64,000 nucleotides of DNA, taken from NCBI GenBank assembly GCA_001662655.1, contig KV460213.1. One strand, given 5' to 3'. How positions within the stretch are numbered: the stretch's first letter is position 1; the number at the start of each line of letters is the position of its first letter. Under the pieces are notes generated by a model, which was given only the letters and a program-made list of their open reading frames with translations, was not told the DNA's origin and did no database searches. Positions 28,914 through 41,597 of this stretch are shown here, one piece after another. The translations under genes and the position numbers were made by a program. Origin of the DNA: Pseudogymnoascus verrucosus (lineage: Eukaryota).

Positions 28914-29575
28914 ATTATCGAGAGAGTTGGTGAAATTGCTGTAATTATCGAGAGAGTTGGAGTTTGATAGAGGTTGGATCTATAGATTAATTTGAAAGGT
29001 TTAAGATGTAATGCTCGTAGCTGACGGCTAGAGAGAAGAAGATCAAACTTCGTGGAAGGGGGATGGGGTGTTGTGGAAATCGACTAGTGATGTGGATGAA
29101 TTTGAAGATCTTGAGTCGGCGACGAGAAGAGGGGAGTTGAAGAGGCGGATCTGTAGATTAATATGCAAAATTTAAAATGTAATGCTCGTAGCTGACGGTT
29201 AGAGAGAAGAAAATCAAACTTCGGGGGAGGGAATGCTGTAGGAACTGACTGGTGATGTGGATGAGTTTGGAAATTCGAGCTCTTTGTGTAGAACCGTGAG
29301 AATCCGAGCTTGAAGTTGGATCTTGACGTGACAGGTAACTTTGAAATAAACTTTAAGGATCCAGGACGGCAGTCTGGATATAATCTAAATTCAGAGCACA
29401 GTCAGTATCGTCTGACAGATTTGAAGTGTTCAAGATCGGGTGGGGGTGGTTGTGTGGCGGCGTAGTTTTGAGGTTGTAAAAAGGAAGAGGTAGACCGAGC
29501 TTGAAGTTGGATCTGAAGGGACTTGACAGGTAACTTTGAAATAAACTTTAAAGATCCAGACCGGCAGGCTGGAGA
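28914..29575. repeat. Three stacked pairs of direct repeats upstream of the RdRP
   Basis: 17-bp pair at 28914/28944, about 125-bp pair at 28976/29147, about 75-bp pair at 29304/29495. Confidence 0.85.
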
Positions 29576-31364
29576 GAGTTTAATTCAAAACACCTGTAGC
29601 TTGGATGTATAAATATACACGAGGTCCTTCAAACGAAGTAAAGGCGTATGGTGGCTGAAGGAAGGAAGGAAACAGTAGTTGAAGTAACGAAAACAGGTAG
29701 TTGGAGGAAAGACACAGCTAAACCCGCACAAGCGGATGCATGGCAAAAAAGGACGGCAACTGGCGAGAAAGTGTAGGCGCAACGACAAGAGGTCATCTCG
29801 GTGAGAGCAAAACCTGAGTATTCGGCTAATGCTTCCAGGGAGAAAGGGGCATCAACTTCACCACTTCGCTTCTTGGGAGAAATAGACAAAGTCTATGGGG
29901 CGTAGACTTGCGGAATTCAGAAACGGGAATTTGCGTTCAAGGAGAGGGAAAATTTATGAATGGTTTGAGAAATGGCTGTGTTTGTATGCGCATACAAACA
30001 GGCGGATAATGGCAGAATGCACATAGCAATCTTCATCGCCATGGCATACCTCAGGCTTTACAGTAAATGGGACATGAGAAGATAATAAACAGATAGCAGC
30101 CAAATTCCACAACAACGAAAAGGGAAAGGAGGGAAAGGTGAATATAGAAAATCAGTACCGGATGCATTCTACAATAAGAGAGGAATATAGAGAAACAGCA
30201 TCTGACGGGCTTCCAATGATAGCCTGCAAACCTGTGAACAAACCGGCTCAAATCGACCTAAACCAAACCAAGAAAACACTATAAAGAAACCCAGAAGAAG
30301 ACAAATACAGACAGAAAATAAAAGGCATCCAAACCTCAACCCCTCCAAGGTGATACCGCCACAGCCGCGACCTCCCCAAAAACCTCACGCGGACATTACC
30401 GCCCTCCTCCCTTTCCCAGCACAACCCCTCCACCCTTCCAATATCAACGAACTTTCTTATTACCCCCCTCCAAGTACCTCTTCAGTACCCCCTCCACCCC
30501 CCCAAATTAAAACGCCCCCATGCACCTACCCCGCAATCCGCCCCAATCGAGCCTCATACATCCACATCCACGCTAACCCCCACGCGCCCACGTGCCCCCC
30601 CTTCCCTGTCTGTTCCCCCACGGCCTGTCTGACTTCCTACCACATCTGACAGCTATCTATCATCATGGAGAAAATATATCCCTCAACACCAGCCTCATCT
30701 CCCCTACCTATATCAATCCAAAAAGAAGCAACAGAGTAATAAAGCAATTCCCTCACCCAAGAAATCCCCCCTCCCAGACCGCCTTAGGCCCCCCCACCAC
30801 ACCGTCCCTAGCAAAACGTCGACGCAGGACAAAAAAAGAAAAGAAAAGAAAACATCGGTGTAAGGTACCCGCATCCATTCCTCCCTGCAATCTAAGACAA
30901 CACTCGAGTCATGTCGTGGGGCGCCTCGGTCCTAGATCCGTCGGGCTGCATACGTGTCGCGTGAGGAGGGCGGGGGGTTGGTTTTAGAGTGTTCTAGGTC
31001 TGAGGGGGAAGAGGGATTTATCATCATAGTCGAAATAAGACCTCGTAGAAAGAGATCGATGCTGGCGCTGCAGTCGCCAGCCAAGTATGAGATTATTCGG
31101 ATATACCGAAACCATTGCAGTTGATTGACGGGTTTGGGCAAAGACAGAGAATGGGTTGGTTATTCAAGTGATAAATGTGCGTCTAGTACTAAAACCAAAA
31201 AAAGAAAATGTGCCGCCCAGATGCTGAAGTATATACAGCGAACCTTCTAGCTAGCATCACGGCCTCAACAGCCATATATATCCTCCCCAAAACCAAAAAA
31301 AATGCAAATGACAATAGCCTCCCCCCAAGATGCCCCATTCCCACCCTCAACAGCCCAGTCCAGC

Positions 31365-33160
31365 TCACGGCGACCCCGGCACATCCATAATCTTCCCCGG
31401 ATTCATAATCCAATACGGATCCAAACTCAACTTAATACTCTTCATAACCCCAATAGTCTCCTCCCCCACCTCCATCCTCAGCGCATCCTTCTTCCCCATC
31501 CCCACCCCATGCTCCCCCGTACACGTGCCCTCCATCTCCAAGGCACGGATGACCATGTTCTTCACGCACCGCTCCACCTTCTCCTTCTCCCCCGGCACGC
31601 GGCTGTCGTACATGATGGACTCGTGGAAGTTGCCGTCGCCGATGTGGCCGAGGATCGAGGCGAAGAGGCCGAGGTCGTCCATCTCCTTCTTGCTGATCTC
31701 GATGATGTCCGCGAGGCGCGAGAAGGGGACTGCCACGTCGGTGGACCACACTTCGGAGCCCTCCTTGCGCATGGCCATCATGCTCCACAAACTCTCCTTG
31801 CGCGCAGACCAGAGGAGTTTCTGCTCCTGTGGCGTGGCGGCGAACTCGAAGTTGCCTCCGCCGTGCTGCTTCGCGATGCCCTTGACCATGACGATGTTAT
31901 CCTTGACCGTTGCCTTGGTGCCAGAGAACTTGAAAAACAGGGTTGGAAGCTCTTTCCAGACTTTAGGCTTGGTAGCACCGTTAATGTTCACAACGCGCAT
32001 CTGCACCTCGTCCATGAGCTCCATAGCTGCAACAGGGACACCGGCGCGCATGACGCCTGCGGCGGCGGAGGCGGCGGCGCGGATGCTGGGGAAGGTGACG
32101 ACTGCGACTGAGTATTCTTGGGGAACGACGGCGAGCTTGAGGGTGATTTCTGTGACCATGCCGAGGGTTCCTTCGGATCCGACGAATAGGGAGTTCAGGT
32201 TGTATCCGGCTGAGGTCTTGCGGGGACGGCGCTTGGTCTTCACGATAGTACCATCTGCTAGGACGACAGTGAGGTTAATGACCCAGTCTTTCATGGTACC
32301 GTAGCGAACGGCATTGGTGCCGCTGCAGTTAGTCCCAACCATGCCTCCTATCTTGGCTGATGGTCCGGGGTCAATAGGGAAGAACAGTCTCGAATCGGCG
32401 ATTGTCTCATTCAGGGTCATCCACGAGACGGAAGGCTGGACCACAACATCCATATCGTCCTTGTTGAGCTGAATGATCTTATCCATAAACGCAAAGTCGA
32501 CGCTGAACCCACCGTACGGCGCCGAGAAATTGGCCTCCAGGCTCGATCCGCCCGAGTATGGAATCATAGGAACACGGTACTTGTGGCAGATCTTTGCAAT
32601 GGCGGAGACCTCGGCAGTAGAGGTTGGATACAGGACTGCCACTGGCAGAGTATCAATATTGATCGAGGACCACTCTGAGAACCCATGGGCGCGCAGGTCC
32701 TCGTCATCGATGCTGACGGCATCTTCACTCAAAGCTGCCTTGACCTCTGCAATCGCCTACAACAAAAAGTAACTGTCAGATGCCGGAATAATTATACATA
32801 TAAAAAATGTAACCAGGTACTAACAGCTTCCATATCCTTCACGCTGCCATACTTCGGCTTGTGGAACTTGTCCGTCCGCGCATACTCAACCACCCGCAGC
32901 GAGGGGTCCTGAAGCTTCGCGACAGCGTATGCCGAGATTCCAGTCCCCACCGCAAGCAGGAGCACACTCGCCGTAGTCCATTCCCAGGACTTACTCGCAT
33001 CAGACCGCGGCGGCGGCGGCGGTACCTGCTTCGAGGAGGAAGTGCTGTTCCATCTGCACTGCTGTTGCTGTGTCCTGAGTGCTCTTGCTGCTACCCCTCG
33101 TTGCGCTTTCGGAGCCGAAGTTGCGAGGCGAAAGCACGCAACACATTTTCGCGAAGACAT
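31365..33160 (-). CDS. DLD1: Mitochondrial D-lactate dehydrogenase (cytochrome)
   Basis: Basic presequence plus TM segment, GGSSLE, IDPGP, GSEGTLG, GHIGDGNFH, GEHGVG and MNPGKI. Intron 32757-32824. Confidence 0.92.
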
Positions 33161-35187
33161 AATAATTAAGGCGTTGCACGGTGCATGAGAGACAAGGATC
33201 TTGGGTTCGGTTCAGGCGCAGGGACGGTTAAATTTTTAGAGGAGGAGATCTTCTTGCGCGATGGGAGGATTGTGAAATGCAACCTTGTGACGACATGGGA
33301 CGACGAGAGGGGGGAAGAGTAGTAGTAGTGAATTAATAGGGTTTTATAAGAAGGGAAATGGGAAATGGGAAGAGGAAGTTAAGTAGGTAGGAGGGAGAGG
33401 GAATGGGAATGGGGGAGAGTTTACCCATATGGGGGTGGTTTCTTATGGTCCCTCCCTTCCCTTCTCTCACCGTCTGCCATCATCTCTTTTTTAGTATGTA
33501 TGTACATTGATTGCCCCGCGCGGGCACACGTTTCTGGACAGGAAAAGAAAGAGCGAGAGGACGATTTGTAGTGGGTAGGTAGTGGGCCTGGCCGGGAGTG
33601 TATAGCGCGAGCACGAAAGTCACGGAGTCACGGAGTAGGAGGGGAGTAAGGAGTAAGGGAGGGTTAGTCGCGTGCAGTTGACCGAGAAGTGGACAGAATG
33701 GACAAGGTTAGGAATGGGAAGCTGGCAAAAAGTTCGTGGGGGGACAACCGTAGTGAGCGTTTATTGCATATGTACTGTAGTAGTAGTAGTAGTATAGTAG
33801 TATACTATAACTATACATTACAAGGTTCACGATGCATGTTTATTGTTTATTACTTGGATTACGAGTTCGGTGGTACAAAGATTTAATTTTCCCAGGATGT
33901 GTCGCCCTATGAGCTTGGATGAGCGTCATCCCATCGTTCGCTGGATCGCTGGATCGATGGATCGTTCTCTGTTGGGATCGGGGTCGGTGTGTGGGAAAGT
34001 GAGATTAGATGGACATGGGCCCTTCCATGCCATGCCATCTACGTATTTCCGTCCCCATTCCCGGGAAATCTATTGGTGGCGCCAGCTACATGGTCACCAA
34101 GATTAAATGCTACTCTGTTTTTAAATATATCCACGAGACAGCAGACACACCACTTCCTGACCGGGCTGGCGGCTGTATATGTACGCTGTCAAAAGTAAGG
34201 CAGACAAAGTTCCCAGGGGGTGTTCAACCACCGCCACACCGGGGGTATGCGACAGGTTCACTCTCACCCAAAAGCCCAGAGTCCAGGCTGGCACTCATGG
34301 TAATCGCGCTTCTCCGTCTCCTGCATCAGCACTAACCAAATGCCCTATACGACCTGGTCTTACACTTACAGTAGTAGGTAGTTGAGTACAAAGTAACACA
34401 TTAGCTCTCCCCGATCATCGAAACGAGAGAGAGCGCAGCTATAGCAAATCACAGCACATACATATGTCCCTCGGACGTGCGTCGTCCACAGCGCGGCGCG
34501 CGCCCAATCCGCATCTGGCGCCTCCTGCGGTGCAGCTCACCAGCACAGCACAGAGGCGTCCGTCCAGCATGCAGGTTCTTCGGATGTGGAAAATGGGCAC
34601 GAGACCAAGTCCAGGGATTGTTGTGTTTGCCAACAGCGCTTACGAGATGAAATGCCTCATTATCTCAGCTGCAGACTTTTGGAGGGGGGGGGGGGATCTG
34701 CTGTGTACGACTGGGCATTTGGGTGTCATTGTGGTTTGTCTTGTCCTACTGTTCGGGTTTGAGGTTGGGTATCCACCGCTGGACTAGAAGGAGGGGGGTT
34801 TGTGAGACTGTATTCCGCGTTGCTGTCAGGTCTACTCTGTACTCAATATTTAGGCGTTTCTCCAATAGATAGATGATCCACTGCGGGATTGGCTCCGAAG
34901 GTTTGAAAAGTTCGGGATTGGTTTCGGGAATTAATCCTCGGGAGCTAAGAAACAGTTTCATAGTTGGGCTGGGTATTGAAATATAATGCGAAGTCACATA
35001 GTACGGGGTAACACACGAAAGATTATCTTCAGTAGGATCTCTGCTGGGAATACTTTTATGGTCATTCGAATTCTTTCACTATGCTAGTTGCAAATTTCCC
35101 GCAAACTGAACGCATAATGCAGCCCAAGTTACTCCATTCCAGATATACCCAGCAAGCAGAACAAACACAAAGCGAACCACCGCACAT

Positions 35188-36253
35188 TTAGTGGGCGATC
35201 TGCTGGGCACGTCTGCGGTCACGCTCCTCAGCAATGGTGAGCTTGACACCCTTACCCTTGGGCAGGGAGATCCATGGCTTCTCGCCTCCGATGACGAAAA
35301 CGTTGTTCTCGCGGGTGGCGAAGCTGTTGTCTATCGCATCCTTGATGTGGACAATATTGAAGCCTCCGTCGTGGCGCTCGCGGTGGGTGATGACACCAAC
35401 ACGGCCCATGTTACGACCACCAGTAGCCATGGCGATGACACCAGTGTCGAACTTGATGAAGTCGGTGATCTTGCCGGTGGCGAGGTCGATCTTCACGGTG
35501 TCGTTGACCTTGATGGCTGGGTCAGGGTAGCGGATACTAAAAACATATAGGGTCAGCATTTCTGTAGGAGAGTTATAGCAACCGTTGATCTCAAAGCAAT
35601 CGCCTTCCGAACCCTCCCTCTCCCGGAGATTCGACCAAAGCTTGGACCAACGGCTGAATGATGTCTGACAGAACTTACGTTCTAGCATCGTGCGTGACCA
35701 AGAATGGGATTCCACCCTTGCCAAGCTGAACGCGCTTGACCTTGCCGAGCTTGTACTCGGCCTCCTCAGCCTGGACGCGGTGGACGGTGAAACGGCCCTT
35801 GGTATCGTAGACGAGGCGGAAGTGCTCGCCAGTCTTCTCGATGGTGATGACATCCATGAAGCCGGCGGGGTAGGTGGTGTCGGTGCGGACCTTTCCGTCG
35901 ACCTTGATGAGGCGCTGCATCACGATGGCCTTGGTCTCGCGTGCGTTGAGAGCATACTTCAGGCGGTTACGGATGAAGACGATCAACGGCATGCAGTCGC
36001 GGAGCTTGTGAGGACCGGGGGATGGGCGAGGCGCGTAGGAACCGGACAGTTTGTCCAAGAGCCAGTGCGATGGCGCGCTCAGGCGCTTTTGGTGCTTCTT
36101 TCTGTAGAGCGTGAATGTTAGCATCTGGTCAAGCAATTGAATTCGATGCGGATTTCGAGATTGGTGGATCCGCCATAATTGATGGGCTTCGAGCAGTTTC
36201 CAGGAATATGGCTTCAGGTATTGATTGGTATATACTTACGGTCCTCTACCCAT
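35188..36253 (-). CDS. RPS4: 40S ribosomal protein S4 (eS4)
   Basis: MGRGP joined to [18 protein letters not shown]...[18 protein letters not shown]. Introns 36102-36239 and 35537-35678. Confidence 0.97.
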
Positions 36254-36654
36254 GATTGCGACTCGGTGTGATGGAGTTACAAAAGGTTGTCGATGTCGTG
36301 GTTGAGCAGCAAAAAGTTCAGATCAGATTCACGAAATGTCTGTGGGAGAATTTGACGCTAGTGCCCTAAGCGATTTGAGTGCGAAGAAAGCTCAAGTAGG
36401 GGTCAGTGCGTGAGAATTCACGTGATGTCCATCTTATCGTTATCGGCAGGTGGGATGGAAACTTTTTCTGGTTACCCCTCCGATTCGGCCCATAGCTCCT
36501 CCCAGTTGCTCTGACGCATAGAAACCTTGAGGATTCCAGGTTTACTCGGGCACTGAACACCAAGTTAACATTTAAAAGCTATTTAAAGAAGCTAAAGTGT
36601 GTATTTTCTTATATATACAAGCAATCTAAGCTATCTATCACACCCACTACTAAA

Positions 36655-37621
36655 ATGGCCGACCCTGTCCTTACATCATCCTCAATTGAGGGGCTACCAA
36701 AAATCGCCGAGGGAAAGGTCAGAGATCTCTACGAAGTTGACGAGAAGACTCTTCTCTTTGTGGCTTCTGACCGCATCTCTGCTTATGATGTGATCATGAA
36801 GAATGTATAGTGCCCAGTCCTACAACATGCGATCCAATTACTGATTAGCTGTCCAGGGAGTCCCATCCAAGGGCGCACTCCTCACCCTCCTTTCCAGCCA
36901 CTGGTTCTCTGTCCTCCCCACGTTGGTCCCAGGTCTCCGCACGCACTTCGTCACTCTAGATCTGCCACCTTCTGTCCCAGAGTCTCAGCGAGCTGCTCTC
37001 CGCAACCGCTCAATGCAAGTTCGCAAGTTTAAAATCTTCCCAATCGAGGCCATTGTCAGAGGATACATCACTGGTTCTGCATGGAAAGAATACCAGAAAA
37101 CTTCAACCGTGCACGGCATCCCCATCCCAGCTGGCCTGAAAGAGGCTGAGCCGTTCCCACAAGGAGCTATTTACACCCCGTCCACCAAGGCCGAAGCTGG
37201 AGCGAACGACGAGAACATCCACCCTTCAGAAGCGGCTAAGATCGTAGGTGAGAAATACGCCGCGAGGATCGAAGAGCTTGCATTATCTCTATACAAGGCT
37301 GCCCGCGACTACGCGTATGAGAGGGGTATCATCATTGCGGACACCAAGTTTGAATTTGGATTGGATGAGGAGACGGATGAGGTTGTATTGGTCGATGAGG
37401 TCCTGACACCTGACTCTTCAAGGTTCTGGCCCAAGGACAAGTACGAGGTTGGACGCGATCAGGAGAGCTATGATAAGCAGTACCTCCGCAACTGGTTGAC
37501 AGCGGAGGGGGTCAAGGGCAAACAAGGAGTAGCTATGCCCCAGGAGATTGTTGATAACACGAAAGTAAAGTACGTGGAAGCTTACGAGTTGTTGACGGGA
37601 AAGAAGTGGGGCAGTGCATAG
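36655..37621 (+). CDS. ADE1: SAICAR synthetase
   Basis: [43 protein letters not shown] and DKQYLR. Intron 36805-36856. Confidence 0.95.
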
Positions 37622-37713
37622 TCATAGCATTTATGGAGGATAGTATATACGGAATGCGTTTTAAATGCTCATCTAATATTTTTTAAAACGCTATCAAATC
37701 GTGGTTTATGACT

Positions 37714-38923
37714 TTACTCAATGTAGCCCTTAAGGACAGCTGCCTCAGCGTTCAATATACTTGATCCAGCAGCACCAATGACTGTGTTGTGGCTCAGAGC
37801 AACGAACTTGATATCAAAGATCTCGCTCTCATCCTCACGCACTCGTCCAACACTGACGGTATATCCCTTCTGGGTATCCCTGTCCAGTCTCGGCTGTGGC
37901 CTGTCCGGCTCATCCATGACCAAAATAGCGTTCTGTGGTGCAGAAGGGCATCCCAACTGCTGTGCCTCACTCACGTAATCCCTCATAGCCTGCTTGACCT
38001 GCTCCGCCGATGGCGGTGGGCGACGCTCAAACTTCAATGAGACGCAGGCAGTGTGGCCATCCAACACGGCGACACGGTTGCAAGCCGCAGAAATCTTGAG
38101 TCCCTTCTGCTCAGCAAAGCCAGAAACCTCAGCATTGACGCCTCCCAAGATCTTCTGGGCCTCGTTCTCGAGCTTGTCCTCCTCGCCGGAGATGAAGGGC
38201 ACGATGTTGTCGATCATGTCCATGCTGCTGACACCTGGGTATCCTGCGCCGGAAACGGCTTGCATGGTGACAACGCTGACCTGGGTGACTGGTCCGAAAG
38301 CCTTTTGTAGCGCGGCGAACGGGATGACTATGCCAATGACGGCGCAGTTGGAGTTGCAGACCAAGAATCCCTTTCCGAGGCCGAGTTGTTTCCTTTGTGC
38401 GGGGATAACGTCGAAATGTGGCAGGTTGACTGTTGGCACGACGAGTGGGACAATCGGGTCTTTGCGGTAGTTCTTTGCGTTCGAGAAGATGGGGATGTTC
38501 GCCTTCACAAACTCCATTTCTAAAGAATTATGTTAGTACAGTTCGCCACAGAGGCTCCAGGGCGTAAATACCAATCTCTCCAGCAAACTCGGCATCCAGA
38601 CCGCTGAAAACGACATCGCAATCTGCGAATTCGCTCGCCTTGCAGTCCTTGACCACCAACTCAGCAATGTCGGCGCCCATGGGCGAGGCTTGCTTCCACT
38701 TCACGGCATCCTTGTATTTCTTGCCGGCAGATCGCGACGAAGCGCCCACGGCGTGGAGCTTGAAGTGAGGGTGCTGTGCGAGGAGGAGAATGAAGCGCTG
38801 GCCGACTGAACCAGTGCAGCCCAGAACACCTATTGATAATTGAGTCAGAAACAATTCCTCGTGGTGGGGGATGGCGGGGTAACATCACTCACCGCACTTC
38901 TTGGTAGGGAATGGAGCAGACAT
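37714..38923 (-). CDS. HOM2: Aspartate-semialdehyde dehydrogenase
   Basis: [35 protein letters not shown] and [10 protein letters not shown]. Introns near 38830-38891 and 38520-38571. Confidence 0.95.
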
Positions 38924-39047
38924 GTTCGGCGATTTGGGGTATTATATTTCGAGAGTGGTGTGTGTAAATTTATCGCCTTTCGTCTTTAATTCAGGAATTG
39001 TTATCCGATATGTAACTTCATACTTATAAGCTCCGAAAATGGAGGTG

Positions 39048-39134
39048 GAGTCATTGGCCACCGAGACTATTCCTTTTTACGTGGGGTAAAAGCAGGGGAC
39101 GGCTTGGCAAAATGTCCTCTGCGGCGTTTGACTC
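39048..39134. promoter_or_regulatory. Gcn4/CpcA-type TGACTC elements upstream of HOM2
   Basis: GAGTCAT at 39048 and TGACTC at 39129. A full TGAGTCA also sits at 38841 in intron 1. Confidence 0.55.
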
Positions 39135-39403
39135 GTCACGTACGTCACAACTGCGAAAGACGCCGCGGTTAGACATGAAAGGTTTGAAGGCAAAACAAAA
39201 TAATTATTGTTTTGGCATAGGCGTCACTGAAGTGGATCACGAAGATGATAATAGAGGGGTCATAAATATTGTCTTGTAGTACCCATGCTACACTAAAACC
39301 AGACCATGCCGAGAACCACTTTATATTTGATTCAAGACTAACAGGCTTCACGTCTCTGCACGCGAAATAAGCAATTGGATAATTTACAGTGTAAGAATTC
39401 ATA

Positions 39404-41161
39404 TCACATCCCTGGGACGTTATGGTTCGACATCAGTGGCGGTACCGGTGGTGGAATTGCAGAACAGATACTGCTGATGTCTGTAACGCTTTGCTTCTGC
39501 TTCAAGTTGGAATTTGGTTCCGCCGGCCAACTATCATCCAGCAATAGTCGTGAGATGTCCATTTCGCCAATAGTACTAGAAAACGGGACAGTATTATCCT
39601 GCCAGTCAAATGATGGAGGGAATGAAAACGCATCAGCAGCATCGGTGACGGGAAGCGGGCCAAGAAACTCTGTGAACGAGCCCCTAAAGTTGAAAGAGGG
39701 CGGCTGCATAGCTTGCTTGGATATACCAATGTCGGGGTAGTACTGAACTGGACCAAACATGCGATCCTGAGAAAGGGATTCTTGGGTTGGCAATGATAAG
39801 CTACTGCTTAAAGGTTGTATTTCGAACAAAGCGGTGGCCGATGTAGAATTTCTTGGGTTTTCACCCTCTTCATCAACATTATTATTACTCTTGTCACGGA
39901 ACAGATTTCGAAAACGGTCCCGAATATCAGTTGGTTTCCTACTCTCGAGCCCGAATTTTGGATCACGCTGTATCAACGTCCACGATGACTGCCCATATGT
40001 TTCGACCCCCTTCTTAATATTTTTGTCTTCTTCTTCAGTAAACAGTCGGCGTCCTCGACGAGTAGATTTTGGGAATGCTTTGACAACCCCCTGTTCCACA
40101 AGGTCGTCAAAGTATTTCCGGTGAGCACGAGGTTTTTTGGAGGGTTTAACTTGAGGACCGTTCATTTTCTCGTTGACGGCCGAATCATCGCTGGAATCCG
40201 AACTATCCTCTTCTCTTGTAGTAATAGAACTTGGGTCCGCATGGGACTTGGATGAGTCCGATGGTTTGCGGTTGACTTTGGAAATGGGCTTTATAATATT
40301 ATCGTTTTGAAGTGCGCCAGGAAAGCATGTCCGGAAACGATCTTTGATGTGAACAGGAGTCCGACCATTAAAAGTCAACTCTTTATCTTCAAAAATGCTT
40401 TTCCAGTTTCCGATTCCATGCTTCTGCACACCTAATATCAGATTTCTCGTCTCTTCATCCGTCCATTTTTTCCGTGCTTGAACTCCCACCCTTTTGTTGC
40501 CAGAAGGTTTGTTTCCAGGGAGACCCTCTGGGAGTTTGGGTTGTTTTGCTTGGACATTGGTAGATATATCCTCTTTTGCTTCATTCGTAGATGTATTCAG
40601 CGTGTTTCGGCCATGGGAATCGTGGAAAGAGCTCGACGCTATGGGAGGAAACACTGCAGCTTGATTTGGCGGAGGTTCGTGCAGTCCAATGATAATTGGA
40701 GGGACAACACGCTTCACAGCCTTTTGCTTCCTCGGTGGTTGAGGGAGTTGAACAAAATCGACGCTTCGGTTTTCCAATCGTTGCCGCTTTCTGCTCGCAG
40801 ATGGGTGTGTTATTTCGGAGTCGTCAGATAATATTTTCCGCAAAGACTGGGCAGAAGGCTCGCCCACACTGCTGTCTATGACAGATGAATTCACCGCAGC
40901 TTGGCTGCTAGACTTGGCATTGGTTTTATGGTGTGAGCCTGGAGAATCTCCATCATAACTTAATATTTTCGGTTGTGACCCTGTAGCTGGTTGCTTGTCG
41001 TTCCTTGACGCCGCTGGCTCTAGGATCGAAGGCCTACCAGAGGCCTTCAGGATATTAGGATCCTGTAATGGCGGCAAGTCGAACCGGGGGTATGGGCCTG
41101 GGGTATCGGAATGATCATCGTTGAGTAAAGCAATAAGTCGAGGCTGGATCGTAGCATACAT
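39404..41161 (-). CDS. Double-Myb telobox-type DNA-binding protein (Tay1/Teb1-like)
   Basis: Two TRF-like Myb repeats: KWTDEE...GIGNWKSI...RTPVHIKDRFR and FTEEED...SWTLI...RKPTDIRDRFR. Confidence 0.8.
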   Translation of the reverse strand: MYATIQPRLIALLNDDHSDTPGPYPRFDLPPLQDPNILKASGRPSILEPAASRNDKQPATGSQPKILSYDGDSPGSHHKTNAKSSSQAAVNSSVIDSSVGEPSAQSLRKILSDDSEITHPSASRKRQRLENRSVDFVQLPQPPRKQKAVKRVVPPIIIGLHEPPPNQAAVFPPIASSSFHDSHGRNTLNTSTNEAKEDISTNVQAKQPKLPEGLPGNKPSGNKRVGVQARKKWTDEETRNLILGVQKHGIGNWKSIFEDKELTFNGRTPVHIKDRFRTCFPGALQNDNIIKPISKVNRKPSDSSKSHADPSSITTREEDSSDSSDDSAVNEKMNGPQVKPSKKPRAHRKYFDDLVEQGVVKAFPKSTRRGRRLFTEEEDKNIKKGVETYGQSSWTLIQRDPKFGLESRKPTDIRDRFRNLFRDKSNNNVDEEGENPRNSTSATALFEIQPLSSSLSLPTQESLSQDRMFGPVQYYPDIGISKQAMQPPSFNFRGSFTEFLGPLPVTDAADAFSFPPSFDWQDNTVPFSSTIGEMDISRLLLDDSWPAEPNSNLKQKQSVTDISSICSAIPPPVPPLMSNHNVPGM

Positions 41162-41597
41162 GGCGGATGGCCTGCATGGCCATATGGCTACAGCAACCCT
41201 TTTTTATAATTATTAGCAACCGAGTAGTAATTAGAAGTGGTATTTTATATGCGCCTGTCAGGTTGTAACATGTGTGTGGCCCCTTTGGTCCCAAGAAACT
41301 GACGATGGTTATGCCGACGACGTGGAGGGACATGACCACGTGACCAGTGCTAGCCTCCCTGTAATACCGACTAACTCCGTAGATAAGATTGTTGATAAGG
41401 AATTGCGGAGTAAGACGACAGCCAGGTACTTTATAAGCATCCAAGTTCGGTACTCGCTGCTACGACATAAATGCAAGAATTAATCTTCGTCGATATGCAG
41501 AAGCTATGAACAAACAAGAGTTAATATTCACCGATCTACAGCAGCTATAAACAGACAATATTCGGAACTGAGTCCTCCAGCACTGACGTAGGCGGAT

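Noticed and set aside
31302..32304. Long plus-strand ORFs (269 and 324 aa) opposite DLD1
   Set aside because: Antisense shadows of a GC3-rich gene with no recognisable motifs. The same applies to shadows over RPS4, HOM2, the GH2 gene and the RdRP.
33161..35187. 2-kb gap with short ORFs, (GTA)n, TGGATCG repeats and a G run
   Set aside because: Low-complexity promoter/terminator sequence with no convincing coding or RNA signature.
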